Assembly (NCBI GenBank): GCA_029953675.1
Contig: JAMWBK010000001.1
Coordinates: 3,224,001-3,288,000 of the forward strand
DNA length: 64,000 bases
Reading direction: 5' to 3'
From: Rhodosorus marinus CCMP1338
Taxonomy: Eukaryota > Plantae > Rhodophyta
Shown: positions 51,248 to 62,271 of the stretch, piece by piece
Position numbering within the stretch: position 1 is the first letter of the stretch
Layout of the letters: each line of letters begins with the position of its first letter
Translations under genes and position numbers: made by a program
The notes under the pieces: generated by a model
The model's database searches: none
What the model saw: only the letters and a program-made list of their open reading frames with translations
What the model was told of the DNA's origin: nothing

Positions 51248-51982
51248 TCAAATCTTCTTCTCTATTGCAATTATGGAGGGAGCTAGTTCTCGATTAATCC
51301 ACTGGACGTATTTCACAGTCCATAGCTTAGGATCGAGGTTGGAGGCCATGTCTAGCACGGCGGCTTCTTCTTCAGGTCCTCCTTCTTGTTTGATATACGC
51401 AGTGACCGTAATTAGCCCTCCCCTACGGAGCAACTCTAAACCAGCCTGAAGGCTCCTCATCGTGCTTTCAGATTTCGTGACTATCGTCTTGTCTGAATCG
51501 TCGCCGGGTAGATACCCCAAATTGTATACAATGGCGCTTACAGACTCGGCCTGAATAGCATTCGGAAACCGTTCGTGGCTTTCGTTCACCCATAGCATCG
51601 TAGGTCTCTTCTCAGGAGATAAGTTCTTCTCCACATAGTCCTTGGATTGCTTTATTGCTGATGGCTGGAGATCGACCGCAACAACCATCCCAGCGGTACC
51701 GGTCATCTCCGCAAGGGTCAGCGTGTCCTTGCCTCGCCCACATGTAGCATCAATTACAGTGTCGCCTGGGTCAACAACAATCCAAGCGCATACTCAGCTA
51801 CCGAAAGTCACACGATGGGGCATCGTTGAAGTCGTACCTGGTCGTATGGCTCTGGACCATAGCTCCCTAGAGAGCTTGGCTTGATTCGGCAGCAACTGGC
51901 TATCCCAAGCCTTCACAGGGCCCGCGGCTGGACGACTCACACACGCAGACAGTACGAAGAATAAGGGTTCTGTTACCCTCAT
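51248..51982 (-). CDS. mnmM: Class I SAM methyltransferase of the YtqB/MnmM family ('putative rRNA methylase'), 2 exons, N-terminal targeting-like extension
   Basis: Spliced PGDTVIDATCGRGKDT, VVAVDLQ, SHE, VYNLGYLPG, GGLITVTAY and GGPEEEAAV motifs are characteristic of YtqB/MnmM. Confidence 0.8.
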
Positions 51983-52956
51983 AGCGGATGTCAGCGTAGT
52001 CTATTCGGCAAAATTTTCACCCTGCGCTGCTCACTCCCCTCCTCTCGTGAGCATGCGGAAGCGAATATCCACGGCACAACCTCAAGACAAATTCAATGTA
52101 GGATTCTCACCGTTGGTGGGATCGACCATGCGACTGTTGTTCTCGAAGAAAAAGTGGCTATAGTTCTTCTACGCCCCAATAGATCCCCATGATCCTCCGT
52201 ACGTTCCTGTCCGCCTTCTCCGGAAGACTCAGTGAACGGCCTCTCTGAAACGCGTCTAAACGGGCCGCATCTGGATGCAAGACCGAGTGCACTCAACGAA
52301 TAGCATCGTCTCCATGAGCAGGTTTTTTGAATTTTTACTGTTGCGAAATAAGTATTCGCACATGGTGTGAGGCCATAGATGAGACGCTTTCTATCCTTGC
52401 CCTTCCGTTTCGAGGTTCAAACGCTGAAGCAGCACATGTTGTAAAAATTGGGACACTATGTCCCATACTGGAAAAAAATATCCCATGAAATAATGACTGA
52501 ATCAATCATTATACACTTTTGACTGGTTGTCTTGAGAAATCAATCAATAAGGCTGGGACAGATTGTCTCTATAAATTGATATTGAAAAACAAGGTATTCA
52601 AAATTTGAAGCATCGAGTTGGCGTTACGAAACGGGCTGGTGCTTTTGCAGAATGCTGAAAATGTGAGAAGTTTATTCACAGGATATATGTTTTTATTACC
52701 AGCGAGGGTCTTTCAACCACCCCTTTATCCGCGATGAATGATGAGGGTGAAAGGATGATGTGCCTTGGCAGTGGATTCCTGAGAGGGAGTTGTTGGTGTC
52801 TGACGAGAGTACTTGTTGACGGGGAGGGACACTAGCGTAGTTTGCAGAACGAAAATTTGCTGGTTGGGCTGAGAGAAATATCCTATACTGCTGTTTGGGA
52901 ATATAGGAATTGAGGAGGTCTGGTTGTAGCTTAACTGCCTGCCTGGCTTGTAAGCG

Positions 52957-54324
52957 ATGAATTCGCAGTACTCTTCGGTTTTTTCGGGTCGACCAACAAC
53001 CAGAGCATTTCAGAAGCTTATGGACGACCCAGAGGCACTGGCTGTTGAGGCTGATCGCTATTCAAGGGCTGTCCATCAGAGGGAACTTGCGAGAAGGAAA
53101 AGGTTTGCACTCTCCGAAACTTACGTTTTCTCTATCTACGAGAAGAACCATTACGGCTTTGCTGACGAAATTTCCACAAAACAACAATTCCAGGCGCGAT
53201 AGGCACTATGGGCAGGTCGAAGTTCTGCGAAGTGTTGAAAAGGTCCCCACAGCAGAGCCCCAAATAGATCCGTGGGAGCTTCCGGGGTACGAGGAGGGAT
53301 GTGGCCTACCGAAGAACATCTCAGTTTCAGTGGTTGATAAAGAGGTAGAAACTCTGGTTCGACTTCTGGGCACTTTGGACCAGGAGTGGTAATGCAGCAC
53401 TAGTTTTCAAGCAAGTTCGTCGTTGAACGGAAAAAGAAAGGTTCTAATGTGAAGATCTCAACGTCTCCGATAGGACGCATCGCGTTGCGGGGATGAAACG
53501 TCTAACGACGGTCCTAGCCTCGGAAAGCGGGAAGCACGCTTTTCAAGTCCATCATGCTGAAGCTATCAAAGAAGGGCTTGGTCTTCAGCTGACCGATTTG
53601 CGGTCATCGCTAGTCAAAGAGGCATGCGACTCCATAGCCCTGGCCGTGGAACTTGGAACAGAAGCATTCGAGCCGTTTTCTGGCTTCCTTGTCTCAGCTG
53701 GGCTCAACGTAATCATCAAGACGACAAAAGTAGTACGAGATGCTGGCGACATGATGATCAGGAGAATCATTAGAGCAGTCAAGCCGGATAAATCGCACGT
53801 GGACGCCATCTGCAGAGGAGTCTCAACCGGTGCACATCCGGTCGAACGTGAATTCTGCGCAAAGTATATCTCCAAACTTCTCTCAAACGGTGCCCCTCCA
53901 GAGCCAATTGGCTCCTCTCTGCTTACGGGTATCACGGACTCTGCAGAACGAGTGAGGAAGGAATCTCGATCCGCGTTCATCAAGTATGAACAACGATGGC
54001 CTCAAGCCGCAGAGACCATCTTCAACAGGTACGCAAACAATGCGCGTGACCAGCACAAACAATACACCTACACGGACGACTTGCTTTTGTCAAGAACCAA
54101 GCCTCATTGATGTGCCTTCTTCCATCAGAATGGATCCGACAACTCAGCGAAAGATCCGGGGGGTGGGGAAGACGAATGTCTCCCGAGTACCCATCGCTGA
54201 GCTCAGGAAGAATGCAGCTTTGAAGAAGAAGATGACGGCGAAGAGTAACGTGCCAATGAGCTCGAATCCACAAACCAACGACGAGAACAACCCAGCGGTT
54301 ATTAACTCGCTGATAATTCAGTAG
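52957..54324 (+). CDS. CLASP N-terminal (TOG/HEAT) domain protein, short single-TOG form, multi-exon
   Basis: W..RVAGMKRL...LQLTDLRSSLVKEACDSI...KTTKVVRDAG...TGITDSAERVRKESRSAF matches the CLASP_N/TOG2 pattern; short basic tail ends at 54324. The start may be 52957 or the later MDDPE. Confidence 0.75.
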
Positions 54325-55173
54325 CAGTCAAGATAAACGTCACACGTGAGATTGTAAAGAGAGACGGCTTGAATCGGTATGCTACCTCTAGGCAACAGAG
54401 AGGGAGAGGCCAATGTTTATGGTCACGCTAGAGGGGCGATCACACAAGTAGACCCGCTGAGTCTGCATCCATTGGTGGGCACAAGCATCGCCATCAATAT
54501 GTCAATAGTTACCACTCCAATTCCTGCAAGCGGAGCGATGGAAAGCTCAAAACCAGCCCCATCACATCGTCGTTGGTGAGATCAGCTCGAAACCACGGCG
54601 TTGACTGAGATGCCATGTTTCCCTTTCCAACAAACATCGGAAGCAGTCGAATCCACGACCCAATGGAGTCTTCTCTGAAGAAGAAAACAAAAAAAACAAC
54701 AACCAAACTCCATCTATTTTATATTATTATTCTATATTGTCAATTTCAACATTCAGATTATCAAGTTGAATTCGATATTCATTCACAAATATTTTCCTAA
54801 GGCAACCCAAGTTAACGCTAGTACGCACCTATGATATTTCTCGGATTTGAAAATTTATATTAATATAATAGTAATAATTAGATAGACAATCAATTAAGTT
54901 TGGATCCTCATTAAAATGCAACCAAAAAATTAGATATAAAAGATTAATATAATATTAATAATTAGATGTACACAAGTTTTTCGTGCATTGGAAGAATTAA
55001 TTGTGTGGTTTTGGGGTTGCTGGATTCTCTGCAAAGGATGCGTTGGATTCGATGACGATCGGTGGTTGGCGACAAGGCGGGTTGGTGGGGATGGATCTGC
55101 AGAATATGGTCCTATCTCGAGGATACCATCAGGATAATTTAGCAAATTCTGATACGAAAGAAGCGCCTGCACC

Positions 55174-56128
55174 ATGTGGTTTGCAAAGGACGGATCAAAG
55201 GCCTGGGCTGAGAAGTTTTTCCTGTTCGTGAATCTTAGTTCGCTAATCCTCTTCCTGGTGGTGTTCATTGGGTCTGGACTGTATGAAAGGTACGATGACC
55301 GTGTATCATATGCCGTGGTTAGCGGTCTGATGGTGCTACCTAATATCCTCGTACCAGTGGTGCTGGTTGGAAAGAGCGACAGAGTGCTTCCATGGCATGC
55401 GCGCTTTGTTTGGAAAGCGAACATGTGGAATTTAATATTCGGGTTTATCGGGAACTACTTCTGGACGCACTACTTTTACAAAATGCTCGGTGCTCGCTAC
55501 ACGTTCGATACGTTTCGGCTGAATGATGTACCCATACCCTGTTACCTGGCCACACACGTGTACTTCCTATTCTACCACTCCGTGTCGAGCATCACCCTGC
55601 GCAAGCTTCATGAGGCGACTGCAAAATTTCCCGCCGCTCTGAGGCGGGCCATTTTCGTTTGCGGCATGCTCACACTTGCGTATGTGACAGCTTATATGGA
55701 GACCCTCACTATATCCGCGTTTCCATACTATGAGTTTGTGGACAGAGACAAGATGCAGAGTGTGAGTCCCTAAAGAGACTGACTCTCGTTTGGCATTTGC
55801 TGCTCTTTGTTCTCGCCTGCGCCGTAGTTTAGGTCCCACAGTGCTGGCCCGATGGTACACAGCGTGCTCAAGTTCACTGATGTTCTCGTTTGTGGCTTGT
55901 GCTCAGGTTGGTTCTTGGCTTTACGCAATCTACTTTATTGTAAGCTTTCCCATGTTCCTTCGCATCGACGAGGACCCGAAAAGGAGATGGACGATGACCG
56001 AAGCAACGCTTGACTCGTTTTCAGCAGCAATGCTTGTGACCCTGATGCTGGACTTTTGGAGGCTCTTTATCGGCCCAATAGTTGATACCGGTTCCTTCGC
56101 TATGGGCTCTGACCTACCCTTCTTGTAA
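55174..56128 (+). CDS. CPI1: Cycloeucalenol cycloisomerase (cyclopropylsterol isomerase), 2 exons
   Basis: SKAWAEKFFL, KANMW..GNYFWTHYFYKMLGARYTF, FPYYEFVDR|VGSWLYAIYFIVSFPMF and AAMLVT.LD.WRLFIGPI motifs. Confidence 0.95.
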
Positions 56129-56153
56129 AGTACGCGGTTGTGTGCAGTGCAAA

Positions 56154-56817
56154 TCAACCTTCACCACCAGCTCGCGAGCGGCGATAGTGAGCTATCCAAT
56201 TAGCAGCAGTGGCGCGACGGGTCCTGTTAGGTGTCAATTCGTTCAGTTGGTAACCCTCAAATTTGATCTCCGTTTTTAAAAGTTGCTTGTGCTCCTGAAC
56301 GGGTAGAAGAAGAGCGTGTCACTGAAAGCACTAATTTCTTCACCCCACAGCTACGGCTTGCTCTCACCTTGGGAATAGATCTTGTGAGCTTTTGTACTGC
56401 CTTCTTAACCGGCTTGTCTATTTCCGGACTAAAGTCTCTACTCGTTCCAATGAAATCTGGTGGTGTTGGGTAGTCTTCTTTCCATGGAGATGGAACCATA
56501 TCGGAATTCCAACTCCCATCTGGCTGCTTCTCATACCCAAGAAGAAACCACAGGATGTCGTTTACAATCTGATCGGGTACCTGCTCTTTTGCGATAGCCA
56601 GGATGAGCTCATCCGAGAGCGGCAGGTCCTCCGCAAAATCAGCGCCAGGAAGCCCAGACTCGCTCTCTGTCGCAGGCTTGGGTCTAATCGAGGGATCAAT
56701 TTTCCATTCTACTGCACATCGCAAGCTTCCAGTCCTCCGCCTCCCACTAACCACTCGAACCCCCCTCTGACCTGTCCCAACCCTACCCAAATACAGATGA
56801 GGGTTAATAAACGCCAT
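56154..56817 (-). CDS. DUF1823-family protein (cyanobacterial type), plastid transit peptide, 2 exons
   Basis: MAFIN... transit-like start; LWFLLGY, W...YPTPPDFIG, LTRSIPK|EHKQLLK...GY..NELTPNRTRRATAANW. Stop at 56154-56156. Confidence 0.85.
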
Positions 56818-58291
56818 CTGCTCCGTACACTTACAAGACTCTCCCGCCTCCTCCTACTACAAGAGCAAACAGAATCCCCCAATTCCTCCCCTTCACTACC
56901 AGAAAACAACCTGCCCTTCCTGCCCGAAACCTCCTTCCCTAAGATCCATATCTCAAATGTGACGACCCGATGGCAAATGCTCATCATCTTCAATCTCCGA
57001 ATTTCACGAAAAACGGCCAAACGTCGATTCCGAACGAAGAAACCTCCACCTGCTTCATTTTACATTTCATGAATAAAAAACAAACGCCTTTTGCGTTTAC
57101 ACCAATTAAAAAACGACACATGACCCTCACGAGAAGGTATTTCTGACGACGGACCGATTAATACGAGTTGAATTTTTTCAGGTAAACTTTTTCGATTATC
57201 AGTTAAAACAGTAAAAGCATCGTATTATTTGTTGGAGGATAGCGGGGATGAGGCGGGGACAATGCCCGCCTTACTCACAACGGGGTTCTGCGCTGGTTGA
57301 GGAGGCCGTTTGGTTGACTATGTAAGTGTTCCTGGATGAGCAGTATGGTGCTTTCTCTTTCTCCTGGTGACTACATGTTTAACCCTTTTCCCCCTCTATC
57401 CCTTCCGTGGTGAGGATGGAAGAGGTCAGGACTAATTCTGGTTCTGGCTGGGAATAGCTCGCGAAAGCAACCGATGGCTCTAAGGACGTCATCCCTCAGG
57501 CCAAAGCTTCGTAACAGAAAATCGCCTTCAACTTGCTTATCTGTAGCTCCGTCCTGTGCTTCACGTATTCAACAACAAAATTGTTCTAAACCTGATCAGA
57601 GCGCAGACTGGATCTGGAGTACAGAGCTTCGGTTTGAAGAGAAAACGAAGTCGGATCGAAGCTCAAAACTGCTGGAATACGGGAAGATCCAGATAAATCT
57701 GGGGGCCAGCTGCGGTCCATGTCAGCGGCGGGCTTCTTTTCCCCTCCAACCTCACAATCTCGTTTAGCTCCCACTTTAATGACTCCTGAATTCCAGCCGC
57801 TCTATTACATGAAACCCCTTCTCTGTAGAGTTTTATCAGATGTGACAGACCAGCTGCTACAAAAGCTGGCGGGACCGCTTCATTTTTTTATCACCTGTGG
57901 TCCGTCCACATGCACAACTGCCAATCAAATCAACCTCAACGTACCATCTCAGCTAGATTCATAAACAAGCTCCACACCGGTACAGCTGAGCTGGACACAA
58001 GGCCTCGAACTCTGGACCGAAGAAGAAGAGAACCCCTTCCCGCATGCTGGACTTCACAACATCACTCCTCCCCCGCATGTAAGAAACTGTTAGCTCCGGG
58101 TGACGACGGGATTTCAATAATAATGGTGACGGTGACGGCTCGTCGCGGTTGCTTCACTTGCCTGGATCCGACGCGAATGGCATTCTTATGAGGTTTAGAA
58201 CATTTATTTTGTTGAATACGTGAAGCACAGGACGGAGCTACAGATAAGCAAGTTGAAGGCTATTTTCCGTTACGAAGCTTTGGCCTGAAGG

Positions 58292-59709
58292 ATGACGTCC
58301 TTAGAGCCATCGGTTGCTTTCGCGACTTCGTTGAGATGTTCGTTGGGAGGTGGGGACGGTCGAGTGAGTGAGCTAAAGAAGGATTTAGAGAACCAGCTTG
58401 TGTTGGCACCATTAACGAAAGGAGGCAACTACGCGTTTCGTCGGCTGTGTACAGAGTTTGGAGCCAAGGTCACAGTTTCTGAAATGGCGTACGCGAGGAA
58501 AGTAGGTAAAGGAGACAGGAAGGAGCGCACGCTCTTCGTCAGATCCGAGAATGAGGGCATCTTTGGGGCCCAAATTGCTACCAACAACTGCGCAGAAGCG
58601 GTTTCAGCCTGCAATTACGCACAGGAGAATGGCGCAAAGGTACAGATTGATTCCAGTTACCCTTCCAAGGAATTCCCATCGATCCCACTGGCTTAAAAAA
58701 CCTACCCGTTCCGTCGAATTGTCCTGCTCTGTTGTTTTTGTGAACTAGTTCCTCGACTTGAACTGCGGATGCCCAATTCGTGAAGTCACCAGGAGAGGTC
58801 TCGGATCAGCTCTTATGCGAAAACCGCACAAGCTCGTAGCTCTGGTCGAGAGAATGGTTTCGGAATGCAGCCTTCCGGTTACAGTGAAGATTCGGACTGG
58901 TCTGGAGGAAGATGCAGACGCAGAAAAAGTATTGGAGCTTGTTCGCGACTTGGGTCACGTTGGCGCTAGCGCAGTTACAATTCATGGGCGAACGGCACAA
59001 CAACGGTACTCTGGAAACGCCAACTGGGACCTGATCAGCAAAGTTTCGGCTGAATCTGGAGTCGACGTTATCGGAAATGGGGACATTCTGACGGCATACG
59101 AGGCGAAGGATCGATTGGCGGACTCCGGATGTTTGGCTGTAATGACCGGCAGGGGCGCTCTGATAAAGCCCTGGTTGTTTTCCGAGTTTGAAAAGGACTA
59201 CACTTGGAATCCTACTCCGATGGAAAGAATAGGAGTTTACCGAACTCTGGTCAGATTCATGAAGGAGAGGTTTCGAGATGACGAGAAGGGAAGACTGAGG
59301 AGTTTCGAGTTCCTTCGTTTCCACATGGACTTCTTCAGCAGATATCGGTACTTTCCCGAAGAGGAACACAGGGAAAGATCGAAGGAGTATCCGCTGATTC
59401 AGCAACGAGAAAAGGCAGACCTAGGATTCAGGGATGCGGATGTGCCACCCATCGAAGTTTTGCTGCAGCGGCCAGTGGATACGGTTAACTTGGAGTAAGT
59501 ATTCTGACGACCTCTCCCCCGGAGGGTCCAGCAAACCCGTCTTGTGGGCTAGGATCTAACCCAGCTCTTCCTGCCTTCGTGTTGTCCGCAGTGCACTCCT
59601 AGGTTTTCTGTGGGACAGTGGATCTGATCACGAGGCTACCCGTTTGTTCGAAGAGGAAGCTCTCAGTCTCCGAAAGCAGACACTTCTCGCCTGTTCAGCC
59701 GGAGAATGA
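58292..59709 (+). CDS. DUS3: tRNA-dihydrouridine synthase, DUS3-like, probable organelle targeting, 3 exons
   Basis: LAPLTKGGNYAFRRLC, SEMA, LNCGCP, TVKIRTG, HGRTAQQRYS, GNGDI and GRGALIKPWLF motifs. A phase-2 intron (GTAAGT..CCGCAG) leads to the last exon ending at 59709. Confidence 0.88.
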
Positions 59710-60096
59710 CCGTCACCAGGAAGATGTGATGCAGCGACAATACACTAAAGCTTACACGGGCAGCGGATATGAGAATCCCTCGGTTGGGATTCCACTACTA
59801 TGCCGCACCGTGGAGTTTGGTTATTGTTTCATTTTGCGAGCTCCATTCATATCAGCATTTCAAGTTTATTAGAGTGTTCAGATCGCATTGTAATCATACG
59901 GAAGAACAACCCTGCACAGTTTGGTCAAGTCGGTTTGAAAAACTGCATGAGAAAGTAATAAATTTCAATATGGACGAGTTGTCTTTTCGCCAGGGACGAG
60001 AGAACCCGAGGAGGCACCATTTGGAAAGTTAGGGGTGCTCAGTGTTGCAAGGTCTGAGCAAGGAAACGAATGATCGTCGTCAAGCCCTCTAAACGC

Positions 60097-62271
60097 TCAA
60101 CGCATTGCCGGTTCCGCGAACGGGAAGAGGCTTGCCGGGAAGAAGAATTTGTTCTCCTTGGCTTCGGGGAGCTCGGGGTTGTCTGCCTTCAACGGTGGCG
60201 TCAGAGCAGTGATGGATTCTTCGATGTACTTCAGTAGGTCAGTCATACTGGTCTTGGGATCCTTGGTGAGGCAACGAACTTCCGCGAGGAAGGTTGGCAC
60301 CTGCGCATCGGGCCCCATGACATGATCACCTGGGAACTTGTAATAGTACACTGCGTCCAGAAACTCATGCCCCTCAAGATGCTTGAGCCAGTCTTTCCCG
60401 GTGACCGTGCCGGTATATGGAGTGTTAATCGCGAACTGGGCAAAGTTTGCAAGTGGTTCATTCGGGATGACCGGACTCAGTGGAATCTTGAGCGCGCTCA
60501 TGATGTGCTCCTCGACCAGATCCACTCCCCAGGCGTACAGATTCGCCTGTCGGACCGAGACACCACCCATTCGAGCGTTCACTGAGAGAGGAGGGAGTTT
60601 CTTCCGTGTTGTTAGCGAAAAGAGTCATATCTACATGTCGCCTTGCAAATGGCAACCCCCGAAATGAGCCGTTTCTTACCTTCAATCAGTCTCGGGCCCC
60701 TAGAGGTGTATTTAACCTCGACGTGGAAAACACCCCACAGGAATCCTAGAGCCAGGGTCGTATCTGCGGCTATCTTCATAATCTCTTCCTGTCGATCCAT
60801 TGGGTAAACTGAAGGACAATTGGTTCCTGCGCCCACAGATTCCCGAAAACGAGTTGGTTCAGCGTCAACGAAACGTCCACTCTTTTCATCCAACGGTAGG
60901 AACAGTGCCGGATGACGAAAATGCAGAAATGGAAGTTCCCAATCCGGCGTAGGTTGCTTACCCTGCTCCTGGAACCATGGCTCCGCGCAAGACCAGTTGT
61001 CCGAAACCTTGTTGTACACGACTTCTCCATTTGATAGGATGATGTCAATGTCGAACTCCTCTCCGTCATAGTATTCTTCAAGGAGCATTTCAGTTCCCTG
61101 TCTCCACAAGTCAGACCTCTCATAGTCTTTCGCGAAGGAGTCCATAATACTATCGTACATGGACACAGTTTCTTCGGCGGAATTCACCCTGAACACACCA
61201 AAGGACGCCGCACCAAATGAAGGCTGGGGTATTGTCCGTCACGAAAAGCTCCGTCAGCGGTCAGTTGACTCCTCTCGTGGATCCACGCCTCACGGTCACT
61301 TGCGACAATGTGTGGCAGGCACATGCAGCTTACCTTCAAGACTGCAGGAAATCCAACAGCGTCACAAGCCTTGGACACTTCATCCTTGTTCATGATCTTG
61401 TAGAACTTGGGTACTGGGATCCCGTAGTCACGCATGACTTCGCGCGTTAGACTCTTGCTACGAGCCTTCTCGCAGGCCTGAGGGATAGATACTCTCCGAT
61501 CGTCAGCGATTCAGGAGGTCTAAGCATTGGTCGCGCGCCTGCTGGATGTCTATCTCACCTCAACGGGATTGCTCTGGACGCCCAAGGCAGTCGCGAGCTT
61601 TGCAGCAAGCGGCACCGCATTCTCAAAGTAGCTCGTCACTCCATCAAAAACGGTATCCAGGTCAAGCAGGAGGTCCAGAGACCGTTCAACGATACTTTCG
61701 TACTCGGTAAAATCAATCTCCACGAACTGGTGTATCAAGCCCTCGTCCACAGTCTGCTTCCAGTAGGAATCAGGACCGTCGAGGATGGTTACAATAATCC
61801 CCAGCTCCTTCAATCTCTCGTAGATAAAACGCTTGCCGGAATATCCTCCCTGTACGATGAGGATGTTAGAGCCCCGAACAAGCTTCCTTCGCAGCTCCTG
61901 CTTTTCCTTCGACGCGCCGGTCAGAGTCTCCGGTTTTACAGATGGCAGATGCTGAAATACCGGCGAGAACAATGGGGTCTCCTGGAACATTCCCGAGTAT
62001 TTGCTCTTCTTTGACTCTGTTTCGACAGTACATCAGAGAAAAGACACATCAGACAAGAGGGCGAGTGCCGCAGGATCCAATTCACAGGCTTTCAAGAACG
62101 CCACCTACCGTCAAGATCCGCAGTCATCGCTCCAACGGGAATGAAATTCGCCCGCAGGGAGGAAGGAGAAAAGATCTCCTCCCCCCTATGATCATGGAGA
62201 AAGGGAATCTTCTCCACCTGCGAACTCGGCAAATGCCGATCGTCGAGATCGTAGTCAACGGACATCTCCAT
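60097..62271 (-). CDS. ATP-grasp ligase, carnosine-synthase/L-amino-acid-ligase-like, multi-exon
   Basis: GFPAVLK|PAFGAASLGV, LLEEYYDGEEFDID, VSDN, GVFHVEVKYTSRGPRLIE|VNARMGG ATP-grasp motifs. Start MEMSVDY at 62271. Confidence 0.85.

Noticed and set aside
57470-58220. Possible stop-readthrough gene or Myb-like WTEEEE fragment upstream of DUS
   Set aside because: On recount the frame is not continuous, and the stop density is not clearly below chance.
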